Below the pieces are notes generated by a model that saw only the letters and a program-made list of their open reading frames with translations, made no database searches and was not told the origin of the DNA. DNA of 64,000 bases from Eledone cirrhosa (taxonomy: Eukaryota), in assembly GCA_964016885.1 (NCBI GenBank), contig OZ024744.1:98270001-98334000 (forward strand), in the 5' to 3' direction. The position numbers were made by a program, and so were the translations under genes. Each line of letters begins with the position of its first letter. The stretch's first letter is position 1. This document shows positions 15,001 through 27,960 of the stretch, piece by piece.

Positions 15001-18000
15001 TCTTTTACACGTCCACTTTACAGTGTGGGCTTGTTGCTTTACAGTGTGCGCTGGGTGCTTTTTGTTGTGTCTTTTACACATCCACTTTACAGTGTGGGCT
15101 GCATCCTTTTTGCCATGTCTTTTACATGTCCACTTTACAGTGTGCGCTGGGTGCTTTTTGTTGTGTCTTTTACACATCCACTTTACAGCATGGGCTGGGT
15201 GCTTTTTGGCGTGTCTTTTACACATCAACTTTACAGTGTGGGCTGCGTCCTTTTTGCCCTGTCTTTTACATGTCCACTTTACAGTGTGGGCTGGGTGTCT
15301 TTTGTCGTGTCTTTTACATGTCCACTTTACAGCATGGCTGGGTGCTTTTGTCATGTCTTTTATATGTCCCTTTACAGTGTGGGCTGAGTGCTTTTTGCCA
15401 TGTCTTTTATATGTCCCTTTACAGTGTGGGCTGAGTGCTTTTTGCCATGTCTTTTATATGTCCCCTTTACAGTGTGGGCTGAGTGCTTTTTGTCGTGTCT
15501 TTTACATGTCCACTTTACAGTGTGGGCTCTGTGCTTTTTGTCATGTCTTTTACACGTTCCACTTTACAGTGTGGGCTGGGTGTTTTTCGTCGTGTCTTTT
15601 ACATGTCCACTTTACAGTGTGTCTGGGTGTTTTTTGTCGTGTCTTTTGTATGTCCACTTTACAGTGTGGGCTGGGTGTTTTTCGTCGTGTCTTTTACATG
15701 TCCACTTTACAGTGTGGGCTGGGTGTTTTTTGTCGTGTCCTTTACATGTCCACTTTACAGTGTGGGCTGGGTGTTTTTTGTCGCGTCTTTTACACGTCCA
15801 CTTTACAGTGTGGGCTGCGTCCTTTTTGCCATGTCTTTTACATGTCCACTTTACAGTATGGGCTGGGTGCTTTTGTCAAGTCTTTTACATGTCCACTTTA
15901 CAGCGTGGCTGGGTGCTTTTGTCGTGTCTTTTACACGTCCACTTTACAGTGTGGGCTGTGTCCTTTTTGCCTTGTCTTTTACATGTCCACTTTACAGTAT
16001 GGGCTGCGTGCTTTTTGCCATATCTTTTATATGTCCACTTTACAGTGTGGGCTGTGTGCTTTTTGTCGTGTCTTTTACACGTCCACTTTACAGTGTGGGC
16101 TGGGTTTTTTTCCAGGTCTTTTATATGTCCACTTTACAGTGTGGGCTGGGTGTTTTTTGTCGCGTATTTTACACGTCCACTTTACAGTGTGGGCTGGGTG
16201 CTTTTTGTCATGTCTTTTACACGTCCACTTTACAGTGTGGGCTGGGTGCTTTTGTCATGTCTTTTACATGTCCACTTTACAGTGTGGGCTGGGTGCTTTT
16301 GTCATGTCTTTTACACGTCCACTTTACAGTGTGGGCTGGGTGCTTTTTGTTGTGTCTTTTATACATCCACTTTACAGTGTGGGCTGCGTGCATTTTGCCG
16401 TGTCTTTTACATGTCCACTTTACAGTGTGGGCTGGGTGCTTTTTGTCATGTCTTTTACACATCCACTTTACAGTTTGGGCTTGTTGCTTTTTGCCTTGTC
16501 TTTTACACGTCCACTTTACAGTGTCGGCTGGGTGCTTTTTGTTGTGTCTTTTACACATCCACTTTACAGTGTGGGCTGCGTCCTTTTTGCCATGTCTTTT
16601 ACATGTCCACTTTACAGCGTGGCTGGGTGCTTTTTGCCGTGTCTTTTACATGTCCACTTTACAGTGTGGGCTGGGTGCTTTTTGTTGTGTCTTTTACACA
16701 TCCACTTTACAGTGTGGGCTGCGTCCTTTTTGCCATGTCTTTTCCATGTCCACTTTACAGTGTGCGCTGGGTGCTTTTTGGCGTGTCTTTTACACATCAA
16801 CTTTACAATGTGGGCTGGGTGCTTTTTGTTGTGTCTTTTACATGTCCACTTTACAGCATGGCTGGGTGCTTTTGTCATGTCTTTTATATGTCCACTTTAC
16901 AGTGTGGGCTGGGTGCTTTTGTCATGTCTTTTATATGTCCACTTTACAGTGTGGGCTGGGTGCTTTTGTCATGTCTTTTACATGTCAACTTTACAGTGTG
17001 GGCTGGGTGCTTTTGTCATGTCTTTTACATGTCCACTTTACAGTGTGGGCTGTGTGCTTTTGTCATGTCTTTTATATGTCCACTTTACAGTGTGGGCTGG
17101 GTGCTTTTTGTCGTGTCTTTTATATGTCCACTTTACAGCGTAGCTGGGTGCTTTTGTCATGTCTTTTATATGTCCACTTTACAGTGTGGGCTGGATGCTT
17201 TTGTCAAGTCTTTTACATGTCCACTTTACAGCGTGGCTGGGTGCTTTTGACGTGTCTTTTACACGTCCACTTTACAGTGTGGGCTGTGTGCTTTTTGCCT
17301 TGTGTTTTACATGTCCACTTTACAGTGTGGGCTGGGTGCTTTTTGCCTTGTCTTTTACATGTCCACTTTACAGTATGGGCTGCGTGCTTTTTGCCAAATC
17401 TTTTATATGTCCACTTTATAGTGTGGGCTGTGTGCTTTTTGTCGTGTCTTTTACACGTCCACTTTACAGTGTAGGCTGGGTGCTTTTTACCAGGTCTTTT
17501 ATATGTCCACTTTACAGTGTGGGCTATGTGCTTTTTATCATGTCTTTTACACGTTCCACTTTACAGTGTGGGCTGGGTGTTTTTCATCGTGTCTTTTACA
17601 TGTCCACTTTACAGTGTGGCTGGATGCTTTTGTCATGTCTTTTACACGTCCACTTTACAGTGCGGGCTGGGTGCTTTTTGCCATGTCTTTTATATGTCCA
17701 CTTTACAGTGTGGGCTCTGTGCTTTTTGTCATGTCTTTTACACGTTCCACTTTACAGTGTGGGCTGGGTGTTTTTCGTTGTGTCTTTTACATGTCCACTT
17801 TACAGTGTGTCTGAGTGTTTTTTGTCGTGTCTTTTGTATGTCCACTCTACAGTGTGGGCTGGGTGTTTTTCGTCGTGTCTTTTACATGTCCACTTTACAG
17901 TGTGTCTGGGTGTTTTTCGTCGTGTCTTTTACATGTCCACTTTACAGTGTGGGCTGGGTGTTTTTTGTCGCATCTTTTACACGTCCACTTTACAGTGTGG

Positions 18001-21000
18001 GCTGGGTGCTTTTTGTCATGTCTTTTACACGTCCACTTTAAAGTGTGAGCTGGGTGTCTTTTGTCGTGTCTTTTACACATCCACTTTACAGTGTGGGCTG
18101 GGTGTTTTTTGCCGTGTCCTTTACACGTCCACTTTACAGTGTGGGCTGGGTGCTTTTTGCCGTGTCTTTTACACGTCCACTTTACAGTGTGGGCTGGGTG
18201 CTTTTTGCCGTGTCTTTTACAAGTCCACTTTACAGTGTGGGCTGGGTGCTTTTTGTCATGTCTTTTACACATCCAGTGTGGGCTGCGTGCTTTTTGTCAT
18301 GTCTTTTACACGTCCACTTTACAGTGTGGGCTGGGTGCTTTTTGCCGTGTCTTTTACAAGTCCACTTTACAGTGTGGGCTGGGTGCTTTTTGTCATGTCT
18401 TTTACACATCCAGTGTGGGCTGCGTGCTTTTTGCCGTGTCTTTTACACGTCCACTTTACAGTGTGGGCTGGGTGCTTTTTGCCGTGTCTTTTACACATCC
18501 ACTTTACAGTGTGGGCTGCGTGCTTTTTGCCATGTCTTTTATATGTCCCTTTACAGTGTGGCCTGAGTGCTTTTTGCCATGTCTTTTATATGTCCACTTT
18601 ACAGTGTGGGCTGGGTGCTTTTTGTCATGTCTTTTACATGTCCACTTTACAGTTTGGGCTTGTTGCTTTTTGCCTTGTCTTTTACATGTCCACTTTACAG
18701 TTTGAGCTTGTTGCTTTTTGCCTTGTCTTTTACACGTCCACTTTACAGTTTGGGCTTGTTGCTTTTTGCCTTGTCTTTTACACGTCCACTTTACAGTGTC
18801 GGCTGGGTGCTTTTTGTTGTGTCTTTTACACATTCACTTTACAGTGTGGGCTGCGTCCTTTTTGCCATGTCTTTTACATGTCCACTTTACAGTGTGCGCT
18901 GGGTGCTTTTTGGCGTGTCTTTTACACATCAACTTTACAGTGTGGGCTGGGTGCTTTTTGTCGTGTCTTTTACATGTCCACTTTACAGTGTGGGCTGGGT
19001 GTTTTTTGTTGTGTCTTTTACATGTCCACTTTACAGTGTGTCTGGGTGTTTTTTGTCGTGTCTTTTGTATGTCCACTTTACAGTGTGGGCTGGGTGTTTT
19101 TTGTCGCGTCTTTTACACGTCCACTTTACAGTGTGGGCTGGGTGTTTTTTGTCATGTCTTTTACACATCCACTTTACAGTGTGGGCCGGGTGTTTTTTGT
19201 CGCGTCTTTTACACGTCCACTTTACAGTGTGGGCTGGGTGCTTTTTGTCGTGTCTTTTACACGTCCACTTTACAGTGTGGGCTGGGTGCTTTTTGTCATG
19301 TCTTTTACACGTCCACTTTACAGTGTGAGCTGGGTGTCTTTTGTCGTGTCTTTTACATATCCACTTTACAGTGTGGGCTGGGTGTTTTTTGCCGTGTCCT
19401 TTACACGTCCACTTTACAGTGTGGGCTGGGTGCTTTTTGCCTTGTCTTTTACATGTCCACTTTACAGTATGGGCTGCGTGCTTTTTGCCATATCTTTTAT
19501 ATGTCCACTTTACAGTGTGGGCTGTGTGCTTTTTGTCGTGTCTTTTACACGTCCACTTTACAGTGTGGGCTGGGTGCTTTTTGTCATGTCTTTTACACGT
19601 CCACTTTACAGTGTGAGCTGGGTGTCTTTTGTCGTGTCTTTTACATATCCACTTTACAGTGTGGGCTGGGTGTTTTTTGCCGTGTCCTTTACACGTCCAC
19701 TTTACAGTGTGGGCTGGGTGCTTTTTGCCGTGTCTTTTACACGTCCACTTTACAGTGTGGGCTGGGTGCTTTTTGTCATGTCTTTTACACATCCAGTGTG
19801 GGCTGCGTGCTTTTTGTCATGTCTTTTACACGTCCACTTTATAGTGTGGGCTGGGTTTTTTTCCAGGTCTTTTATATGTCCACTTTACAGTGTGGCTGGG
19901 TGCTTTTTGCCAGGTCTTTTATATGTCAACTTTACAGTGTGGTTTGGGTGCTTTTGTCATGTCTTTTACATGTCCACTTTACAGTGTGGGCTGGGTGCTT
20001 TTGTCATGTCTTTTACACGTCCACTTTACAGTGTGGGCTGTGTGCTTTTTGTCGTGTCTTTTACATGTCCACTTTACAGTGTGGGCTGGGTGCTTTTTGC
20101 CATGTCTTTTATATGTCCACTTTACAGTGTGGGCTGGGTGCTTTTTGTCATGTCTTTTACATGTCCACTTTACAGTGTGGGCTGGGTGCTTTTTGCCTTG
20201 TCTTTTACACATCCACTTTACAGTGTGAGCTGGGTGTCTTTTGTCGTGTCTTTTACACGTCCACTTTACAGTGTGGGCTTGTTGCTTTACAGTGTGCGCT
20301 GGGTGCTTTTTGTTGTGTCTTTTACACATCCACTTTACAGTGCGGGCTGCATCCTTTTTGCCATGTCTTTTACATGTCCACTTTACAGTGTGCGCTGGGT
20401 GCTTTTTGTTGTGTCTTTTACACATCCACTTTACAGCATGGGCTGGGTGCTTTTTGGCGTGTCTTTTACACATCAACTTTACAGTGTGGGCTGCGTCCTT
20501 TTTGCCCTGTCTTTTACATGTCCACTTTACAGTGTGGGCTGGGTGTCTTTTGTCGTGTCTTTTACATGTCCACTTTACAGCATGGCTGGGTGCTTTTGTC
20601 ATGTCTTTTATATGTCCCTTTACAGTGTGGGCTGAGTGCTTTTTGCCATGTCTTTTATATGTCCCTTTACAGTGTGGGCTGAGTGCTTTTTGCCATGTCT
20701 TTTATATGTCAACTTTACAGTGTGGGCTGGGTGTTTTTGTCATGTCTTTTATATGTCCCCTTTACAGTGTGGGCTGGGTGCTTTTTGTCGTGTCTTTTAC
20801 ACGTCCACTTTACAGTGTGGGCTGGGTGCTTTTTGCCAGGTCTTTTATATGTCCACTTTACAGTGTGGCTGGGTGCTTTTTGCCGTGTCTTTTACATGTC
20901 CACTTTACAGTGTGGGCTGGGTGCTTTTTGCCATGTCTTTTATATGTCCACTTTACAGTGTGGGCTGGGTGCTTTTTGCCATGTCTTTTACACATCAACT

Positions 21001-22435
21001 TTACAGTGTGGGCTGGGTGCTTTTTGTCGTGTCTTTTACACATCAACTTTACAGTGTGGGCTGGGTGCTTTTTGTCGTGTCTTTTACATGTCCACTTTAC
21101 AGTGTGGGCTGGGTGCTTTTTGTCGTGTCTTTTACACATCAACTTTACAGTGTGGGCTGGGTGTTTTTTGTTGTGTCTTTTACATGTCCACTTTACAGTG
21201 TGGGCTGGGTGCTTTTGTCATGTCTTTTATATGTCCACTTTAGTGTGGGCTGGCTGCTTTTGTCATGTCTTTTACATGTCCACTTTACAGTGTGGGCTGG
21301 GTGCTTTTGTCATGTCTTTTACATGTCCACTTTACAGTGTGGGCTGGGTGCTTTTTGTCGTGTCTTTTATATGTCCACTTTTCAGCGTAGCCGGGTGCTT
21401 TTCTCATGTCTTTTACATGTCCACTTTACAGCGTGGCTGGGTGCTTTTGTCGTGTCTTTTACACATCCAATTTACAGTGTGGGCTGTGTGCTTTTTGCCT
21501 TGTCTTTTACATGTCCACTTTACAGTATGGGCTGCGTGCTTTTTGCCATATCTTTTATATGTCCTCTTTACAGTGTGGGCTGTGTGCTTTTTGTCGTGTC
21601 TTTTACACGTCCACTTTACAGTGTGGGCTGGGTGCTTTTTGCCAGGTCTTTTATATGTCCACTTTACAGTGTGGCTGGGTGCTTTTTGCCGTGTCTTTTA
21701 CATGTCCACTTTACAGTGTGGGCTGGGTGCTTTTTGCCATGTCTTTTACACGTTCCACTTTACAATGTGGGCTGGGTGTTTTTCGTCGTGTCTTTTACAT
21801 GTCCACTTTACAGTGTGGCTGGATGCTTTTGTCATGTCTTTTACATGTCCACTTTACAGTGTGGGCTGGGTGCTTTTTGCCATGTCTTTTATATGTCCAC
21901 TTTACAGTGTGGGCTGGGTGTTTTTCGTCGTGTCTTTTACATGTCCACTTTACAGTGTGTCTGGGTGTTTTTTGTCGTGTCTTTTGTATGTCCACTTTAC
22001 AGTGTGGGCTGGGTGTTTTTTGTCGTGTCTTTTACACTTCCACTTTAGAGTGTGGGCTGTGTGCTTTTTGTCATGTCTTTTACACGTTCCACTTTACAGT
22101 GTGGGCTGGGTGTTTTTCGTCGTGTCTTTTACATGTCCACTTTACAGTGTGGGCTGGGTGTTTTTTGTCGTGTCATTTGTATGTCCACTTTACAGTGTGG
22201 GCTGGGTGCTTTTTGCCGTGTCTTTTACATGTCCACTTTACAGTGTGGGCTGGGTGCTTTTTGCCGTGTCTTTTACATGTCCACTTTACAGTGTGGGCTG
22301 GGTGTTTTTTGTCGTGTCTTTTACACGTCCACTTTACAGTGTGGGCTGGGTGCTTTTTGCCGTGTCTTTTACACGTCCACTTTTCAGCGTGGTTGGGTGC
22401 TTTTTGCCGCGTCTTTTACACATCCAATGTGGGCT
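1..22435. repeat. Tandem satellite, 48-bp monomer (47-bp variants common), ~470 copies, with higher-order structure
   Basis: Consensus cagtgtgggctgggtgctttttgtcgtgtcttttacatgtccacttta repeats continuously to ~22435. Near-identical ORF translations recur at offsets 5248 and 4061 (6174/11422/15483) and 9309 (7850/17159). Confidence 0.98.
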
Positions 22436-23004
22436 AGAGGGTGGAGCATCTGTACATATCTACAGCTTGTGCTCGTGGGATGTCGGGTCTTCTGTATTAC
22501 TGCATATCATCAGAGATCCCAATCCTGTGTCATCACCTGTGAGAGGTGCAATTGGTCAAGGTCAGCTTTTATCACCTCATCCCAAGTCTTCCTGGCTCTC
22601 CTCACTCCAAGGCTTTCATCGCCTTTGAGTGCTTTGCACTTTTTTATGCAGCTGTCATGCTTCATACGCAACACATGTCCATACCAACACAATCTCCTCT
22701 CCTGCACACAACATTTGATTCCTCTTATGCCTAGTTTCTCTCTCAGTTCATTTATACTTCGCCATTCACATATATTATTATTACACATCCATCGGAGCAT
22801 GCAGGCTTCATTTCTTTCCAATCTATGCAAGTCTTCTGCACACAGCACCCAAGTCTCACTACCATAAATGCATGCATCATACAGTCTGCCTTTAATTTTG
22901 AGGGAAAAGCCTTTCGCAGCCAGCAGTGGTAGTAGCTCCCTAAACTTCCTCCATCCCGTTCTTACTCTGGCTACTGTACTTTCAGAACACCCACCTCTGC
23001 TGCT
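22436..23004 (-). mobile_element. 5'-truncated RTE-clade LINE (ORF C-terminus) whose 3' region runs directly into the 48-bp satellite
   Basis: Minus ORF 22510-22848 reads ...ERRLCWYGHVLRMK...RKTWDEVIKADL, a typical RTE C-terminus. Upstream bases encode RVRTGWRKFRELLPLL. The spacer 22436-22500 is colinear with 28105-28175 of another copy. Confidence 0.9.
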
Positions 23005-23257
23005 GATTCACTATAGATTTGATAATAGATCTATTAGAATGCAGCCATTAACATTTCATTGTGGTGGTTTATCTGAAATAAGGATGACACTTCAGTTTAA
23101 GAAGTTGAACTACTAGAATCAAATACCCAATATGCTTAGATTCATTTTGGTTGGGAAGATACCATAGCAATTAGGAACTTAGCCACATCAGGATATACCT
23201 AGCCTCAGCCACACCTTGGGCATGATGAGAGTGTCCTAAATAAAAATATCATCAAGT

Positions 23258-23647
23258 ACTCAATCCACACTGCAAAGTGGTCATGTAGGTGTCACAACAA
23301 AAGGTGCCCAGTCCACACTGTAAAGTGATCATGTTGGTGACACAACAAAAAGTGCCCACCCCTACAATGTAAAGTGGTCATGTTGGTGACAACAAAAAGT
23401 GCCCTGCTCACACTGTAAAGTGGTTATGTAGGTAATGACAAAAAGTGCACACGCCACACTGTAAAGAGGTTGTGTTGGTGTCATGATTAAAAGCACCCAG
23501 TCCACACTGTAAATGTGGTTGGCATAAGGAAGGGCATCTAGCCTTAGAAACCAAGCCAAAATTTGATCTGACATGTCTCACAATGGGAAACTCATCTAAC
23601 CCATGCTAACATGGAAAAATGGATGTTAAATAGGGATGATGATGATT
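23258..23647 (+). mobile_element. SINE/LINE 3' module with ~5-6 diverged 48-bp units and an RTE-type (GAT)n tail
   Basis: Repeated ccacactgtaaagtgg...aaaagtgccc units, then gtggttggcataaggaagggcatc, then ccatgctaacatggaaaaatggatgttaaa and gatgatgat. Confidence 0.85.
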
Positions 23648-24117
23648 CCTGAAAAAAAAAAATTCCCTTGATTTGTTTTCCTACTCTTAATTCTATTGAA
23701 GTACATTCACAGTGACCTAATCAAACACTATCAGCTAATGAACTACGGACTTTGTGCCATGTCATTTTACCCCTATTTAAAGATATGGTTCTATATTTTA
23801 TATTGTATGGTTATTACATTTAGTGTTCTGGTATCGTTTTAACATTTTGGTGAGGAAAGGTAAACCAGATATGCTCAAATATAAGCCAATCCCACTATTT
23901 TATGTCTGAGAAATGTGTAAAAATCCAAACCTTATTTGATTAGAATTTAAAGTTGGTGAAAATCGTCAAAATATTGACCTCAGTACATTATTTTATCAAC
24001 CCCTGGCAAAGTTGACCTCAGTGAGATTTGAAACGAGAATGATATAATAATTGTTTCTACTTTTGGCACAAGGCCAGCAATTACCCAGTGCATTACTGGT
24101 ACTTTATTGATATAATA

Positions 24118-24415
24118 ATGAAAATTATTGTGTACAGTGCTCAGATGCACTACAAATCCTCAAAGATGCATGTATAGTATATAGAATAATGTACAAATGT
24201 CAGGAAAGTGAACAGTGTATGAGTCATGATATACATGTGTGCGTGTGTATGGAGGGGGAGTATCAGGTGTAGTGTTGGCGAATCTCAGGAAGCATGGACG
24301 TTTTAAAGGATGCAGTGTCTCGGCAGCTAACAACTGATGCAGGTAGTTTGTCCCATGCTTCAGCAACTCTGAGTGTGAAAAATCTGTTTCCGAAAGTCAT
24401 GGGAGCTGTGTTGTT
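24118..24415 (-). mobile_element. CR1-clade LINE 3' fragment
   Basis: Minus strand encodes FFTLRVAEAWDKLPASVVSCRDTASFKTSM, matching the CR1 ORF2 terminal motif FFTxRVxxxWNxLP. A short 3' UTR follows. Confidence 0.75.
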
Positions 24416-24742
24416 TTAAAAAGCTGTAACTAAATACCACAAAACTTTTTGTCCGATGTTCAAATAATTCTGCCAATCTGCCACCCTAACGTACTTTAAT
24501 AATAGAAATGGTTGAATCTCTACAAGACGCTACAATTACTACCTGTTCTGCTACTTTAACTCATGTACCATTTGGAACTGCATTAGTAAGATATTCTTGA
24601 AATTACAAAAATTAAAGCCTTTACTCTAATACTACAAATTTTCAAAACAATCTGTGCACTAGTAAAGATACTATAAACATTTGGATTAACAAACCTGTTT
24701 TTATATATTTTCTGCTACATCATTACAGGATGTTAAGAGATA

Positions 24743-24926
24743 ATTATTTCTACTTTAGGCACAAGGCCAGCAATTACCCAGTGCATTACTGGTACTTTAT
24801 TTTATCGACCCCGTAAGGATGAAAGGCAAAGTCAACCTCGGCGGGATTTGAACTCAGATCGTAAAGGGACGTAACTATGCTGGAAAGCATGGCGTCCGAC
24901 CCTCTACCGATACTGCCAATCCACCG
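24743..24926 (-). mobile_element. tRNA-derived SINE, near full length (gcctttcatccttacggggtcgataaa core family)
   Basis: Near-exact reverse complement of 46088-46280. A-box-like tggcagtatcgg and B-box gagttcaaatcc are present. Confidence 0.9.
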
Positions 24927-25239
24927 TTTTTACACCAATCTCTCTACCAGTAAAGGTACAATAAATATTTGAATTAATAAACCTGTTTTTAGATATTTTC
25001 AACTAAACCATAACAGGGTGTTAAGAGATAATACTGCAAATTCTCACAACAATCTGTCCACCAGTAAAAATACTATAAACATTTGAATTAACAAACCTAT
25101 TTTTAGATATTTTCTCATAAATTATTAAAGGATATTAAGTGTTAAATATCTTCACTGTCAGTAAATTAGTCTCATCTAAATTTACTTTTAGCTTCAGTTA
25201 TTCATATTTCAAACATTTAAATAATTTTAGTTGCATAAA

Positions 25240-26610
25240 AGTGTATGAATCTTAGATGGTTAAACTAGGAGCTAGAGTATTTGATGGTTTACTGTTGTAT
25301 AAAGGGGTATAAACTTTAGATGATCAAACTGGGAGCTAGAGTATTTGATGGTTTACTGTTGTATAAAGGGGTATAAACCTTAGATGATCAAACTGGGAGC
25401 TAGAGTATCTGATGGTTTACTGTTGTATAAAGGGGTGTGAATCTTAGATGATCAAACTGGGAGCTAGAGTATTTGATGGTTTACTGTTGTATAAAGGGGT
25501 ATAAACCTTAGATGATCAAACTGGGAGCTAGAGTATTTGATGGTTTACTGTTGTATAAAGGGGTATAAACCTTAGATGATCAAACTGGGAGCTAGAGTAT
25601 TTGATGGTTTACTGTTGTATAAAGGGGTGTAAACCTTAGATGATCAAACTGGGAGCTAGAGTATCTGATGGTTTACTGTTGTATAAAGGGGTGTGAACCT
25701 TAGATGATCAAACTGGGAGCTAGAGTATTTGATGGTTTACTGTTGTATAAAGGGGTATAAACCTTAGATGATCAAACTGGGAGCTAGAGTATCTGATGGT
25801 TTACTGTTGTATAAAGGGGTATAAACCTTAGATGATCAAACTGGGAGCTAGAGTATTTGATGGTTTACTGTTGTATAAAGGGGTGTGAACCTTAGATGAT
25901 CAAACTGGGAGCTAGAGTATTTGATGGTTTACTGTTGTATAAAGGGGTATAAACCTTAGATGATCAAACTGGGAGCTAGAGTATTTGATGGTTTACTGTT
26001 GTATAAAGGGGTATAAACCTTAGATGATCAAACTGGGAGCTAGAGTATTTGATGGTTTACTGTTGTATAAAGGGGTATAAACCTTAGATGATCAAACTGG
26101 GAGCTAGAGTATCTGATGGTTTACTGTTGTATAAAGGGGTGTGAACCTTAGATGATCAAACTGGGAGCTAGAGTATTTGATGGTTTACTGTTGTATAAAG
26201 GGGTATAAACCTTAGATGATCAAACTGGGAGCTAGAGTATTTGATGGTTTACTGTTGTATAAAGGGGTGTGAACCTTAGATGATCAAACTGGGAGCTAGA
26301 GTATCTGATGGTTTACTGTTGTATAAAGGGGTGTGAACCTTAGATGATCAAACTGGGAGCTAGAGTATTTGATGGTTTACTGTTGTATAAAGGGGTATGA
26401 ACCTTAGATCAAACTTGGAGCTAGAGTATTTGATGGTTTACTGTTGCATAAAGGGGTATGAACCTTAGATCAAACTTGGAGCTAGAGTATTTGATGGTTT
26501 ACTGTTGCATAAAGGGGTATGAACCTTAGATCAAACTTGGAGCTAGAGTATTTGATGGTTTACTGTTGCATAAAGGGGTGTGAACCTTAGATGATCAATC
26601 TTGCAGCTAG
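25240..26610. repeat. 64-bp minisatellite, ~21 copies (three 61-bp variants near the right end)
   Basis: Unit tagatgatcaaactgggagctagagtatttgatggtttactgttgtataaaggggtataaacct recurs at 25381, 25445 and onward. It is followed by a SINE-type tail at 26610-26750. Confidence 0.95.
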
Positions 26611-27359
26611 TTGAGAAGGGTCTCTAGTCATATAAAACCAAGCCAAGAATGGAGCATATGTGCAAGACATGGCCACCTAACCTGTCTAGCCTCAGAACAT
26701 GACAACTGTCTAACCTATGCAAGCATAGAAAATAGATGTTAAATGGTGATATATAAATATATATATATAAAGCAAGACATCCAATAAGCACCTATTAACC
26801 TTACCGTTTCTGGTAGAGTATCTGTTACATTGTTACCCTACCATCTAACACTCTCTCCATGTCACCATTATGACTTTCATTCACACTCATCCCTTCCTCC
26901 ATTGCTCTTCATTAACTATTCTCATCATCACTGTAGCCCACCCACCTCTACTCTTTCAAACATTACATTTGCTATACCTGTCATATATCCATGACACCCT
27001 GCTTGTCATCTACCACAACTTCCTCCTCCTATTCTTAGGACAACCCCTTCACACCACCCCTACCATATGTATGCCACTATTAAATACACTCCATAATAGG
27101 GGTGACTACTGGTAGCAATGTCAGAGTAGAATAGTTCTTGAATAATCTTCCTTCCTCCCTTGCTTATTAATTTTTCAAATTATTTACTAACCTCCACCCA
27201 CTTATTAAATTTTGCTAATCTATTTCTAGCGAAATTTTATTTTAAGTGGTAATATTCCTGGGACTATTTTATTTATACATTACTAGAAATCCCATATGTT
27301 ATAAAATAAATAGGATGGTTTGGGGTCTCAATATGTAAATTAAACTAAATTCAAATACA

Positions 27360-27505
27360 TGGCTGAATACAATAAATGTAATATCAGTTTTTTGAATATT
27401 AATAATAACATTCGATTCATTTGCAATTATGCAAACAAGCCTCATTTTTAAAGCCATGTCAGTAGAATGAACCCTTCATTCTTGCTCTTGTGTTGGCATA
27501 TAAAC
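27360..27505 (-). mobile_element. Dispersed repeat homologous to 39140-39283 (probable Penelope-type terminal-repeat fragment lacking the ribozyme)
   Basis: ggctgaatacaataaatgtaat...gcaattatgcaaac...ccatgtcagta...ttggcat is shared with 39142-39280. Confidence 0.6.
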
Positions 27506-27960
27506 TAAATTCTGGTTTTTTAAAAAAATCAACAGACAACCTAAAAAAATTACCAATTTTTCACCACCACCACCACCACCCTATTATTTGTGACCTGAGA
27601 GTAGTACTTTTCAATCAAGTCAACAACAGATAACCTTCCTAGTACTGCCAGCATGATAAAGTACACCCAATACACCCTGTAAAATGACTGTTGTTAAAGA
27701 AAGGGCATCCAGCAATAAAAATGACACCAAAACCAGAAAACATGTAAGTAGGACATGGCCCCTCGATTCACTTGAGGACGGTAGCACTGACCACCATATA
27801 TACTTAAATATAAACCAAGGAATATGTTACCCCAAAAAATAAAATGGGGTTTGGGGTCAGCTTATATACACCATCTAAACATGTGTTGATTAGCTGCCTT
27901 GACTTATACACAAGATTTGGATTTTTGCCTATTTCTCAGACTTAAAATAGGGTGGGCGAG

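Noticed and set aside
139-21995. Minus-strand (KKHPAHTVKWTCKRHD)n His/Lys-rich ORFs resembling a metal-binding repeat protein
   Set aside because: They are broken every few hundred bases by 1-bp indels and lie downstream of the RTE stop. They are simply the translation of a 48-bp repeat.
48-22628. Very long Cys/Phe/Val-rich plus-strand ORFs (up to 1640 aa) in all three frames
   Set aside because: The monomer has no TAA/TAG/TGA on the + strand, so every frame stays open. Frequent 47-bp units swap frames freely, showing no selection on reading frame.
1-26610. CRISPR-like appearance of the 48-bp and 64-bp arrays
   Set aside because: There are no unique spacers and no cas genes, and the context is eukaryotic.
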